Under the pieces are notes generated by a model, which was given only the letters and a program-made list of their open reading frames with translations, was not told where the DNA came from and ran no database searches. A program made the position numbers and the translations under genes. A stretch of 32,000 bases of DNA from Deinococcus radiodurans R1 = ATCC 13939 = DSM 20539 (lineage in GTDB: Bacteria > Deinococcota > Deinococci > Deinococcales > Deinococcaceae), in the NCBI RefSeq assembly GCF_000008565.1, contig NC_001264.1, positions 157,418 to 189,417 of the forward strand, given 5' to 3'. The number at the start of each line of letters is the position of its first letter. Position 1 is the stretch's first letter. Of this stretch, positions 1 through 10,400 are shown in pieces.

Positions 1-195
1 CAGCCCTTCGCCCGCCGTGTCCAGGGCGCTGCGGACGGCGGCGAACTGCGTCAGGATGTCGTGGCAGTCGCGGCCTTCCTCCACCATCTTCTGAATCCCG
101 CGCACTTGCCCTTCGATGCGGCGCAGCCGCTTGAGCAGCTTTTCTTCCTCGGGGCCCAGGGGGGGAGCGGCGGTGGGAGCAGCATTGGTCGTCAT
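1..195 (-). CDS. CsoR/RcnR-family metal- or persulfide-sensing transcriptional repressor (3' end cut by window edge)
   Basis: Reverse-strand ATG at 195-193. My translation is [65 protein letters not shown]... It shows the family pattern L.RL.RIEGQ.RGI..M.E....C.DIL.Q..A...AL. It is absent from the ORF track, presumably because it runs off the window. Confidence 0.75.
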   Translation of the reverse strand, partial: MTTNAAPTAAPPLGPEEEKLLKRLRRIEGQVRGIQKMVEEGRDCHDILTQFAAVRSALDTAGEGL

Positions 196-468
196 CGGGA
201 GTCTCCAGCGCACGGAAAAACGGGACAAGGCCATGGATGAGGGCGGTGGGGGTGCCGTGCCCGCACCCGTCGCCGCGTGTCCGTCTCATGGTCGCTGCAA
301 ATGCACTCTGCTGCAACTGCCGGGGTCACGAACGTCTGGGCAGGGAGCGGGGAAGGAAGGGCTGCGTCGCCGTTCTTGCCGGTAAGAACCGTTCCTCTAT
401 GCGGCACATCCCCAGTCTTCGGAAGCCTTGACGCCCCGCTGACAAAGCCCCGCCACACTCGGCGACGT

Positions 469-1488
469 ATGAAGAAGACCCTGCTGGGCCTCAGCGCCCT
501 TGTCATGATCAGCACCGCCGCCGCCCAGGGCGCCATCACCGGCGCGGGCGCGAGCTTCCCCTATCCCCTGTACTCCAAGATGTTCAGCGAGTACAAGGCG
601 AGCAACGTCAACTACCAGTCGGTGGGCTCGGGCAGCGGCCAGAAGCAGATTCTGGAGCGCACCGTGGACTTCGCGGGCAGCGACAACCCCATGACCGACG
701 CGCAGCTGGGGAGCGCCCCCGGCACCCTGCTGCACGTGCCCACCGCCATCGGCGCCGTGGTGCCCGCCTACAACCTGCCCGGCGTGACCAAGCCCCTGAA
801 CTTCGATGGCCCCACGCTCGCCAACATCTACCTCGGCAAAATCAAGACCTGGGGTGACCCCGCCATCGCCAAGCTCAACCCCGGCGTGACCATTCCCCCG
901 CTGCCGATCACCGTGGCGCGCCGCTCCGACGGCTCGGGTACCACCTTCGTGTTCTCGGACTACCTGAGCAAAGTCAGCGGCGAGTGGAAGAGCAAGGTCG
1001 GCGCGGGCAACAGCCTTCAGTGGCCCGTCGGCACCGGCGCCAAGGGCAACGACGGCGTGGCGGGCGTGGTCAAGGGCACCCCCGGCGCCATCGGTTACGT
1101 GGAACTGGTGTACGCCAAGCAGAACAAGCTGTCCTTCGGCGCCGTGAAAAACCGCGCGGGCAAGTTCATCCTGGCCGATAACGGTCCCGCCAGCAACGCG
1201 GCTCTGGGCGTGGTCATCCCCGCCGATACCCGCGTCAGTCTGACCAACAGCGCCAACGCCGGCGCTTACCCGATTGCCAGCTTCACCTACCTGATTTTCT
1301 ACAAGGATCAGAAGTACGGCAACCGCACCGAAGCCCAGGCCAAGGCGCTCAAGAACCTGCTCACCTACGTCGTGACCAGCGGCCAGCAGTACAACGAAGG
1401 CCTCGACTACGCCAAGCTGCCCAGCAACGTGGCGGCCAAGGCCAAGACCATCATCAACTCGATGAACTACGGCGGCAAGAAGCTCTGA
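469..1488 (+). CDS. pstS: Phosphate ABC transporter substrate-binding protein PstS
   Basis: In-frame ATG at 469 inside ORF 277..1488 gives [21 protein letters not shown], a classic signal peptide. The body ([32 protein letters not shown]) is typical PstS. It is followed by pstCAB-phoU. The 277-468 extension is composition-biased and rejected. Confidence 0.93.
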   Translation: MKKTLLGLSALVMISTAAAQGAITGAGASFPYPLYSKMFSEYKASNVNYQSVGSGSGQKQILERTVDFAGSDNPMTDAQLGSAPGTLLHVPTAIGAVVPAYNLPGVTKPLNFDGPTLANIYLGKIKTWGDPAIAKLNPGVTIPPLPITVARRSDGSGTTFVFSDYLSKVSGEWKSKVGAGNSLQWPVGTGAKGNDGVAGVVKGTPGAIGYVELVYAKQNKLSFGAVKNRAGKFILADNGPASNAALGVVIPADTRVSLTNSANAGAYPIASFTYLIFYKDQKYGNRTEAQAKALKNLLTYVVTSGQQYNEGLDYAKLPSNVAAKAKTIINSMNYGGKKL

Positions 1489-1601
1489 TGGCCTGCCGGG
1501 CAGGGGAGAGCGCCGAAGACCGCTCTGCCCCGCCTGGAAAGCGCTCAGGGTCCAGCTCAGTGCAGCCAAGCCAAAACAGTGTCACAGCAAAGTGTCACAG
1601 A

Positions 1602-1641
1602 AAAAGGGGGGATGGTTTCCGAAGTGGAACCGCCCCCTTTT
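1602..1641 (+). terminator. Hairpin with flanking A- and T-tracts between pstS and pstC (attenuator or partial terminator)
   Basis: The sequence is aaaagggggg-atggtttccgaagtggaaccg-ccccctttt. A GGGGG/CCCCC plus AAAA/TTTT stem encloses an inner ggtttcc/ggaacc stem and is followed by a T-rich tail. Confidence 0.45.
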
Positions 1642-1786
1642 CGCTTGGCCCGCTGCCTGACCCGGACACCGTATGACGCCTGGCTGACCTGCCGCTGACA
1701 AAAAGGCCCCGACCCACGCGCGCCATGACGCAGAGCTGACCGTTGGCCTGTCAACTGTGGGCACCCTATGGAGGACTTCCACCGCC

Positions 1787-2806
1787 ATGATTGAACCTGT
1801 CAAATCCCCACCCCAGCTTCCGGGCCGGCTGTCGAGCCGCAGCGACCGGGTCTTCGAGATCGTGATTCTGCTGCTCGCTTCGATCATCGCCCTGATCTTC
1901 GTACTGAGCGTCTACCAGCTCGGCAAGGAGTCGTGGCCGGCCTTGCAGAAGTTCGGGCTGAACTTTTTCACGTCGCGCACCTGGAACCCGGTCAACGGGG
2001 AGTTCGGCGCGGTGTCCATGATCGCGGGCACGCTGATCACCAGCCTCGCCGCGCTCGTCATCAGCGTGCCGCTCGCCATCGCCAGCGCGCTCTTCGTGGC
2101 CGAGTACGCGCCCAAGTGGCTCGCCAATCCGGTGGGCTACCTGATCGAGCTGCTCGCCGCCGTGCCGAGCGTGGTCTACGGCCTCTTCGCGCTGTTTGTC
2201 ATCGCGCCGCTGCTCGCCAAGTGGCAGGCCACCTTTTTCGACAACCTGCACTACCCCGAGCGCTTCGCCCTCTTTACTAAATGCTCGCAGCTGTGGGCCG
2301 AGAACCACTCCTCGCTTCAGTGCTTCTTCGTGCCCAACGGCGGCGCCGGACGCGGGCTCGCGCTCGCCATTATCATTCTGACGGTCATGATTTTGCCCTA
2401 CACCGCAAGTGTGGCGCGTGACGTGATCCGGCTGGTGCCCGCCGATCAGCGCGAGGCGATGTACGCGCTCGGCGCCACCAAGTGGGAAGTGATTTCCCGC
2501 GCCATCTTGCCCTACGCCCGCGCCGGCATCATGGGCGGCGTCATCCTGGCGCTCGGGCGCGCGCTGGGCGAAACGCTCGCCGTGGCGATGGTCATCGGCG
2601 ACAGCCAGGACGTGATTCGCAGCCTGTGGGGCAACGCGAGCACCATGGCGTCGGTTATCGCCAACCAGTTCGGCGACGCGCAGGAAACCATTCACCGCTC
2701 CAGCGTGGTGACGCTCGGCCTGACGCTGTTTTTCCTCAGCGTGCTCGTCAACTACCTGGCCCGCATCATCATCACCCGGCTGACGCCGAAAGGAATTCAG
2801 CAGTGA
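1787..2806 (+). CDS. pstC: Phosphate ABC transporter permease PstC
   Basis: ORF 1757..2806. I prefer the ATG at 1787 (MIEPVKSPP...), preceded by GGAGGA about 9 nt upstream. It is a multi-TM protein with the ABC permease EAA-like loop ([15 protein letters not shown]) and sits in pst operon context. Confidence 0.9.
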   Translation: MIEPVKSPPQLPGRLSSRSDRVFEIVILLLASIIALIFVLSVYQLGKESWPALQKFGLNFFTSRTWNPVNGEFGAVSMIAGTLITSLAALVISVPLAIASALFVAEYAPKWLANPVGYLIELLAAVPSVVYGLFALFVIAPLLAKWQATFFDNLHYPERFALFTKCSQLWAENHSSLQCFFVPNGGAGRGLALAIIILTVMILPYTASVARDVIRLVPADQREAMYALGATKWEVISRAILPYARAGIMGGVILALGRALGETLAVAMVIGDSQDVIRSLWGNASTMASVIANQFGDAQETIHRSSVVTLGLTLFFLSVLVNYLARIIITRLTPKGIQQ

Positions 2807-2811
2807 GAAGC

Positions 2812-3708
2812 ATGACGACGACTGCTGCCCCCCCCACCCGCCCGGCAGGCCTGAGCACGGGCCGGCGCCTGAACAACCTGCTGATGGGCGCGCTCATCGT
2901 GCTCGCCACCGCCGTCGTGGTCGCCCCCTTGATTCTGATTTTCGTCTACCTGCTCAAGGAAGGCTTTACCGCCATGTTCGGCATTCAGGACGGCAAGCTC
3001 AGCACCGCCAACCTGAACTTTTTCACCCACGTCCCTGCGCCCGAAGGCGAAACGGGCGGCGGCATGAAAAACGCCATTCTCGGCAGCCTGGAAATGCTGG
3101 CGATGGCCTCGGTCATCGGGGTCGGCGTGGGCGTGGCGGGCGGCATCTTCCTCGCCGAGTACCCCCGCCACCCGCTGATGCCCACCATCCGGATGCTCAG
3201 CGACGTGCTGGCCGGGATTCCCGCCATCGTGATGGGGCTGGTCGCCTACGGGCTGCTGGTGCTGACGATGGGCCACTTCAGCGGCCTCGCCGGGGCGCTC
3301 GCGCTGGGCTTCCTGATGATTCCCATCGTGGTCCGCACCACCGAGGAAGTGCTCAAGCTGGTGCCGCTGACCGTGCGCGAAGCGGGGCTGGGCCTCGGCC
3401 TGCCCAAATGGCTGGTCACGCTCAAAATCGTGCTGCCTGCCGCCGCCGGGGGCATCATCACCGGCGTGATGCTGGCGCTCGCCCGCGTGGCCGGGGAAGC
3501 CGCGCCGCTGCTCTTTACCGCCTTCGGCAACAACCTCGTCAACCTCGACCCCACCAAGCCGATGAGCGCCCTGCCGCTGGAAATCTACCGGGGCGCCACC
3601 TCCGCCTACGACGAAAACCAGCGTATGGCGAAGGCGGGGGCGTTGCTGCTGATTCTGCTGATTTTCGTCACGAGTATGCTCGCCCGGCGCTTCAGCCGCC
3701 GCAAGTAA
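2812..3708 (+). CDS. pstA: Phosphate ABC transporter permease PstA
   Basis: In-frame ATG at 2812 (MTTTAAPPTRPAGL...) lies 3 nt after the pstC stop. It has TM segments and the loop VREAGLGLGLPKW. The upstream part of ORF 2482..3708 overlaps pstC and is Arg/Gly/Pro-rich shadow. Confidence 0.9.
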   Translation: MTTTAAPPTRPAGLSTGRRLNNLLMGALIVLATAVVVAPLILIFVYLLKEGFTAMFGIQDGKLSTANLNFFTHVPAPEGETGGGMKNAILGSLEMLAMASVIGVGVGVAGGIFLAEYPRHPLMPTIRMLSDVLAGIPAIVMGLVAYGLLVLTMGHFSGLAGALALGFLMIPIVVRTTEEVLKLVPLTVREAGLGLGLPKWLVTLKIVLPAAAGGIITGVMLALARVAGEAAPLLFTAFGNNLVNLDPTKPMSALPLEIYRGATSAYDENQRMAKAGALLLILLIFVTSMLARRFSRRK

Positions 3709-3756
3709 TCAAATTGGGGCGCGCTGCACCGGCCCCCTCTTTCCAAGGAGTTCCCC

Positions 3757-4521
3757 ATGACCAGTCCCCTCCTCCTGAGCGCGCAAGACGTGAGCATCTA
3801 CTACGGCGACAAACAGGCCGTCAAAAACGTGAATCTCGATGTGCGCCCTGGCACCGTCAACGCCTTCATCGGGCCGTCGGGCTGCGGCAAGACGACCTTC
3901 CTGCGGGCCATCAACCGCATGCACGACCTGACCCCCGGCGCCCGCGTGACCGGCAGCATCCTGCTCGACGGGCAGGACATCTACAGCCCGAGCGTGGACC
4001 CCGTCGCCATGCGCCGCCGCGTGGGTATGGTGTTTCAAAAGCCCAACCCCTTCCCGACCATGAGCGTGTTCGACAACGTGGTGGCGGGCCTGAAACTGAC
4101 CGGCGTGAAAAACCGTGACCACCTGATGCAGGTCGCCGAGCGCTCCCTGCGCGGGGCCGCGCTGTGGGACGAGGTCAAAGATCGCCTGAACACCCCCGCC
4201 ACCGGCCTCTCGGGCGGGCAGCAGCAGCGCCTGTGCATCGCCCGCGCGCTTGCCGTGGAGCCTGAAATTCTGCTGATGGACGAACCGACCTCGGCGCTCG
4301 ACCCTGCCAGCACCGCCAAGATCGAGGACCTGCTCGGCGACCTGAAAAAAGTCACCACCATCATCATCGTGACCCACAACATGCACCAGGCGGCGCGCGT
4401 GTCGGACACCACCAGCTTCTTCCTGGTGGGCGACCTGGTCGAACACGGCCCCACCGATCAGGTGTTCACCAACCCGCGCGACGAGCGCACCGAGGCCTAC
4501 GTGTCGGGGCGGTTCGGATGA
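3757..4521 (+). CDS. pstB: Phosphate import ATP-binding protein PstB
   Basis: Walker [13 protein letters not shown] signature LSGGQQQRL and Walker [13 protein letters not shown] are present. AAGGAG Shine-Dalgarno lies upstream of the ATG at 3757. Confidence 0.96.
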
Positions 4522-5186
4522 GCGCCGGTTCGCTGGGAGGCCGCTCGCGCCTCGACGAGCAGCTCGAGCGCATGACCGCCGATTTTCTCTCCATGCAAGA
4601 CACGCTCGCCGGTCAACTGCGGGCGCTGCAAGCCGCGTTCGCGCAGGGCGATACCAGCGTCCGCGAGGAAGTCGAGCGTCTGGACCGCGACATCGACGCC
4701 GCCAACGCCCGCATCGAGGGTGAGGCGCTGCACCTACTTGCCCGGCAGTCGCCGGTGGCACACGACCTCAAGCTGACGCTGCTGATTTTGCAAAGCACCC
4801 CCGACCTGGAACGCGCCGGAGACTACGCCAAGCACGTGGCGCGCCGCCTGTCTGCCCTGCGCGCCGGAACAGCCGGCCACCCGTCCGAGTTCGCGCAGGC
4901 GCTCGCGCTGCTGCTGCAGATGGCGACCACCCTGCGCGCCGCCTCGTCCCCGATGAACGCCGCTCTCGCCCACGAGGTGCGGGCACTCGACGATCAGGTG
5001 GACGCGCTCTACGACCGGGCGGTCGAGCAGGTGCTCGCCGGGCGTCCCGACGCCGCGCTCGCCGACACCCTGGAAGCGAGCCACGCCTGGCGGGCCGCTG
5101 AGCGTCTGGGCGACCACCTCGTCAACGTGGCGCAGCGCACCGAGCGCCTGCTCGCCCGCCCGGCCCCGAGCGACGCCCCGGCCTGA
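4518..5186 (+). CDS. phoU: Phosphate signalling complex protein PhoU
   Basis: ATGA start/stop overlap with pstB. It has the duplicated PhoU helical pattern (…[28 protein letters not shown]…, …[12 protein letters not shown]…) and the expected operon position. Confidence 0.9.
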
Positions 5187-5402
5187 GCTTTCGCGCCCCC
5201 ACGTCCTCTTCCTGCGCTCCTGTGCCGGGAAGGGGATTTGCTTTGCCGCCCAAACCGCCCACAAATCCGACCCGACCGACATTTTGTTTACCCACCGGGG
5301 GTATTCTTCTCCGGTTGTGACACAGCAGAGGCCCGCAGGCCGGGAAAGGCCGGGCCGCCCTGCACGTCCCTTGCCGTTTCGCCTGCTCCCCGAGGTTTCC
5401 CC

Positions 5403-5989
5403 ATGACTGACCTGCTCGACCTGCTCCGTTCGCCCTGGCCCTGGTGGGTGGGCGGCCCCCTGATCGGCCTGACGGTGCCGCTGCTGCTGTGGCTGGGCAA
5501 CAAATCGTTCGGCATTTCCAGCAACCTGCGCCACCTGTGCGCCATTGCGCTGCCCGAGGCGGCCAAGCCGCCATTTTTCCGCTATGACTGGCGGGCCGAA
5601 GGGTGGAATCTGGCCTTCGCGCTGGGGTTGGTGCTGGCCGGGGCAGTGTTCGGCGGCCTGCTCGCCAACCCGCAGCCCACGCACCTGAGCGCCGCCGGAG
5701 TCCAAAGTCTGCACGACCTCGGCGTGGCGGTGCGGCCCGGTCTGGTGCCCGCTGAACTCACTGACCTGCGTCATCCCGGCGTGTGGGGGCTGCTCGCCCT
5801 GAGTGGCCTGCTCATCGGCTTCGGCACCCGCTATGCGGGCGGCTGCACCAGCGGTCACGCGATTACCGGGCTCAGCACCCTGCAACTTCCGAGCCTGATT
5901 GCCACCGTCTCCTTTTTCGCCGGGGGCATCTTCAGCGCCAACGTGCTGCTGCCGCTCCTGTTCGGCGCCCTGGGTATCGGAGGGCTGAA

Positions 5990-5993
<4 letters not shown>
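5403..5993 (+). CDS. YeeE/YedE-family membrane protein (sulfur-compound transport family), first half-size subunit
   Basis: ATG at 5403 ([23 protein letters not shown]...) follows a GAGG Shine-Dalgarno. The hallmark [14 protein letters not shown] motif and several TM segments are present. Confidence 0.8.
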
Positions 5994-6463
<470 letters not shown>

Positions 6464-6503
6464 GCTGTGGCCCACAGCATTTCCCTTTCCCCCGGAGGAC
6501 CCC

Positions 6504-6932
6504 ATGAGTGACATCCTGACCTGTACCCACTGCCAGGCCAAAAACCGCGTCGGTGCTGTGCCCGCCGGACAGGTGCCGAGCTGCGCCCGCTGCGGCGCCG
6601 CGCTGCCCTGGCTGCACGACGGCACCGACGCGACCTTCGAGCAGGACCTTCAGACAAGCGTGCCGGTGCTGGTGGACTTCTGGGCGCCGTGGTGCGGCCC
6701 CTGCCGCGTGATGGGGCCGGTTCTCGAAGACCTCGCCCGCGACCTGCCCGGCAAGGTGCGGGTGGTGAAGGTCAACGTGGACGAGAACCCGCGCACCGCC
6801 GCCCGTTTCGAGGTCCGCAGCATTCCCACGCTGCTGATGTTCAAGGACGGGGAAGAGGTGGACCAGATGGTCGGCGTAACCCAGAAGGCGGCGCTGCGGG
6901 CGCGGGTGGAACACCTCAACCAGCTTTCCTGA
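6504..6932 (+). CDS. trxC: Thioredoxin with N-terminal zinc-finger extension (Trx2/TrxC type)
   Basis: The N-terminus carries CTHC...CARC (two CxxC pairs). The thioredoxin core has a WCGPC active site. GGAGGA Shine-Dalgarno precedes the ATG at 6504. Confidence 0.9.
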   Translation: MSDILTCTHCQAKNRVGAVPAGQVPSCARCGAALPWLHDGTDATFEQDLQTSVPVLVDFWAPWCGPCRVMGPVLEDLARDLPGKVRVVKVNVDENPRTAARFEVRSIPTLLMFKDGEEVDQMVGVTQKAALRARVEHLNQLS

Positions 6933-6977
6933 ACGGCGCTGCTTCGCTGGCTGCTGGAAGTCAAAACCGGCTTGTTT

Positions 6978-6998
6978 GGTTATGCTATTTACATAACC
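6978..6998. promoter_or_regulatory. Perfect palindrome GGTTATG-N7-CATAACC. Candidate repressor operator that resembles the Deinococcus RDRM (DdrO site) as I recall it.
   Basis: Read directly: ggttatgctatttacataacc, with 7-bp arms that are exact reverse complements. It lies in an AT-rich patch 62 nt upstream of the ATG at 7060 and overlaps the predicted -35. Confidence 0.5.
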
Positions 6999-7016
6999 AC
7001 TCCTCGCGTGTAGACT
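6988..7016 (+). promoter_or_regulatory. Sigma-70-like promoter for the 7060-12994 operon
   Basis: TTTACA (6988-6993), a 17-nt spacer, then TAGACT (7011-7016). GAGG Shine-Dalgarno is at 7051-7054, before the ATG at 7060. Confidence 0.4.
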
Positions 7017-7059
7017 CAAAGGTGAAAACCACCACCTTCTCTGTTGCCCCGAGGTTCCC

Positions 7060-7464
7060 ATGCTGGTTGAAACCAAGATTGTAGGCCGCCGCACGCCGTT
7101 CGAGCGCAAACCCTTCGACCTGCCCGCTGGGCCGCACACCCTGCGGAGCCTGCTTACCCACCTCGTCGCCGGGGAAGTCGCCGCCTATGAAGAGCGGCAG
7201 GGCAGCGTCGGCGTGCTGCGGGTACTGACCGAGCAGGAACTTTTGAGTGGCGCCGCCGCCGGCAAAATCCAACTGGCACCGCAGGAGCGGGGCGGCGTGG
7301 TCACGCCTGAGGAGGCGACCCGCACCGCCCTGCGCGCCTTTGAAGACGGGCTGTACTACGTCTTCGTGGACGACGAGCAGGTGGAAACGCTTGACGAAAC
7401 CGTTGCCCTACAGCCCGACAGCACCCTGTTGCTGCTGCGCCTGACCGCGCTGGCGGGGGGCTGA
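7060..7464 (+). CDS. Hypothetical 134-aa protein with ubiquitin-like (beta-grasp-like) N- and C-terminal segments, ending ...LRLTALAGG-stop
   Basis: Third codon positions are G/C-rich and a Shine-Dalgarno is present. The stop lies 2 nt before the next ATG. The C-terminus YVFVDDEQVETLDETVALQPDSTLLLLRLTALAGG compares with the ubiquitin tail [34 protein letters not shown]. The N-terminus MLVETKIVGRRT compares with [12 protein letters not shown]. Confidence 0.7.
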   Translation: MLVETKIVGRRTPFERKPFDLPAGPHTLRSLLTHLVAGEVAAYEERQGSVGVLRVLTEQELLSGAAAGKIQLAPQERGGVVTPEEATRTALRAFEDGLYYVFVDDEQVETLDETVALQPDSTLLLLRLTALAGG

Positions 7465-7466
7465 GC

Positions 7467-10400
7467 ATGGCCGGGGGTCTGGACCTCACCGAGTATTTCC
7501 GCCAGTACGAGCAGCCCTGGCAACCCGACTTCGCGGCCCGTCTCGCCGCCGCGCCCGAGTCGGTGCAGGGCTGGGTGCAGGCGCGGCTGACCGAGGGAAA
7601 AACCTGGCCCGCGATGCAAGAGCAGGCGCGGGTCTGGAGTGAGGCTTTACTCAGCGCTTCCCCGGAGGAATTGCGGGCGCTCACCGGCGTTCTGTTTCCT
7701 CAGTTTCCTGAGCTGGCCGCCCGCGCCTACCGCACGGTGCTCGAAACGCGGCCCTACACGCGGGGGCTGCTGCGCCGCGCCTTTCGCGCCGGGGCGCAGG
7801 GAAACGACGCCGAGCGCGGTGGGGCCGCCGCCGGGTGGCTGTGGAGCCTCTGGACGCTGCTGCGGGCCTACCCGGAAGGCGTGCTGTGGGTGGCGGAGGC
7901 GGCGGGGCTGTTCGAGGCTTATGAGAGCCGCCTGCTGGGGCCACTGCTCGCGCAGGCGGTGAGTGAGGGAGATGCGGGCGTCCTGCAACTGCTCAAGGAC
8001 ACCGCCAGCACCCAGCACCCCGTCGCCCGGATGGGGCGGCACGTGCCGCAGGCGCTCCTCGGCAGCGACGACCCGCAGGCGTGGGAGTATGCCCGGCAGT
8101 TGCTGCTCGCGGCGCAGCGGCAAGAGGGGCTGCGACAAGTCATCCTCGAAACGGTGGACGAGGCACACCCCGGCGCTTTTCCCCTTTTCCTGAACACGGT
8201 GCTCGATGAAGACCTGCTGCGCTTTGCTGCGGTGCTGCGGGCCGCCTGCGTGTGGTACGGCCTGGGCTACGACGTGACCGACATGAAAAAGGTGCGGCAG
8301 TTGCTCACGCTGGCGCGGGGCTATCTCGAAGACGCGGCGCAGGTGACACAGGCCGTGAGCAGCGGCAGCGGCGAGGAAGTCTATATGGCGCTCTACACGC
8401 TGGGGATGCGCGACGCGGACGAGGCCGCCGCGCTCGCCCGGCCCCTGCTCACCGACCCCGACCCCGCGCGCCGCATGGCCGCCGCGCAGTTTCTGAGCGC
8501 CGCGCACTTGCTCCAGTCCGCTGACCTCGCCCGCCTCCTTGCCGATGAAGACCTGCGGTTGGGCGCGGTGGCATTGGCCCCGGGCTCGTACCCTTCCGGC
8601 TGGGTTACCCCTGAGAACACGAACCCCCTGACCTTCGACGCGCTGCGGGCCTACGCCGAGCGTCTCTCCCGCGCGCCCCGGCACGACCCGCTGCTCTTTC
8701 CCTGGCTGGGCGACGTTCCCGACCGCGCCAGCGTGACGGATGGGCTGGTCGCCGTGCTGCCTCCCGACGAACTCGGGCGCATCGTGCCGCACCTGGGCGA
8801 GCTGTCCCCCGGCGGCAAAAGCTTTCTGCTCGCGCGGCTCCGGGCGCTGGCCGAGCGGAGGGACAGGGGAGAGACGGTTCGCCTTCCCGACGATACACGC
8901 TTCATCCTGCTGACCCTGCTGCAAGACCGCAGCAGCGCCACGTCGCAGGAAGCGGTGACGACCCTCACGGCGCTGAGGCTGGAGCTGTCGGGCGAGGAGC
9001 GCACGCTCGCCCACGACCTGCTGCGGCGCAAATCCGCCGACCTGCGCCGGGGACTGATTCGCCTGCTCGCGGCGGACCCCGCCCAGGGCGCGGCGAGCGC
9101 GGCGGCGCTGCTGGCCCTCAAAAGCACCGAGCAGCGGCAGGCGGGATTGCAACTCCTTGAAGAAGTCGGCGGCCTGCCCCCCGCCGATTTTCAGCCCAAA
9201 AACGTTTCGGAAGCGACGCTCCTCGCCAAACTCGCCGCGCCGGAGAGCCAGCTCACCCTGAACAACGGCCTGGGCCTCTTCGACCCGCAGGACCTCAGCC
9301 AGCCCCAGCCGCTGCGCCCGTCTGACAACGACTTCGTGGCCGACGTGGAGCGCGGCGCGGAGCTCCTTCGTTCGCTCGACGACTTTCTGGCCGAGCACGC
9401 CGAAACCCCGGTCTCGGGCACCGGCTGGGACGGCGAAACGACGGAGCTGCTCACGAATCTGTCGCCCTACTGGCTGAGTGCGAGAGTGGGGCGCGACATG
9501 CCGCTCGCCGGGCTCTGGAACGGCTGGTGGGCGGCGCGGGCCGGCGCGCAGGAAGGCGACCTCACCCGGATGGCCTGGGCGCTGGGGCACCGGGTCGACC
9601 GCACTGAGACGACCGAAACCGAGCTGCTTCAGGAATTGAGCGAGGGCGGGGACACCTCCCCGGAACAGGAACACGCCCGCCTCCTGCGCCAGCGCCTGAT
9701 TCAGCAGACCCTGCACGCCGTTCTGGGGCCACCCGTTCCGCTCAAGCTCGACCGGGCGCCGCTTATCGAGCCGGTGCTGGACTACCTGTCCACGCAAGAG
9801 CTGACCGAAGTGGACACCGGGATGCAACTGGACGCCTGGGAAAGCGCGCTGAGCCGCCTGCCAAGCGATACGCCCCTGCTGAAACTGGGGGAGGAGCGGT
9901 GGCAGGTCGAAGACCCGCGCTCGCTGCTCGGTCCCCTGGTTCTGCAAGGCATCGAGCTGGCGGCCCTGCCCGCCGAGCAGTTCCAGCAGCTCTGGCGAGT
10001 TCAGTTGCACCACCATGCGGCCTTTCCAAACCTGCCCCGCCTGCGGATGTCCGCCGAGATGCTCATTCTCGCCGAGCGCGCGGGGCTGGCGAACCGCGCC
10101 GACCTGCTCGACCTGCTCATCGGGGAGCGGAACGCCGGCATGGGGGACGTGTATTACGGCAATTCCTTCGACGACTTGCGGAGCTATACCCGGCGCAAGC
10201 TGTCCGACCTCCTGCCGACCTCGCCCGCCTGGATGCAGGCCGTGAACGACGCCCGTGACCGCGTGCTCGCCGTCGAGCTGGAGCGCGGCGACCTCGAAAC
10301 GCCCGCCACCCTGCCCGCGCTGGCGCTGCAAAGCGTGAGCGGCGCGGCCCGGACGCTGCGGCTGCTGGCCGGCCTGGGTAAACAACCGCTCCGGCGCGGG

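Noticed and set aside
372-389. Inverted repeat gttctt-gccggt-aagaac and TTGACG hexamer upstream of pstS, considered as a Pho box or promoter
   Set aside because: The repeat is short (6-bp arms) and does not resemble the known Pho-box direct-repeat architecture. No acceptable -10 lies at the right distance from TTGACG. This is too weak to call.
277-468. N-terminal extensions of supplied ORFs: pstS 277-468, pstA 2482-2811, YeeE 5238-5402 and 5783-5989, DUF99 12194-12409, dioxygenase 14892-15053, thiG 17596-17658, thiS 17878-18303 and thiE 18612-18797
   Set aside because: The extensions overlap upstream genes or repeat elements and lack family similarity. Internal starts have Shine-Dalgarno sequences or signal peptides and give proteins of canonical length.
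8790-8830. Possible P-loop (SPGGKS) in the giant protein, plus a search for E1/E2 catalytic cysteines, HExxH or nuclease motifs
   Set aside because: SPGGKS does not fit [AG]xxxxGK[ST]. The protein has only two cysteines, neither in an E1/E2-like context. No other catalytic signature was seen, so no enzymatic call is made.
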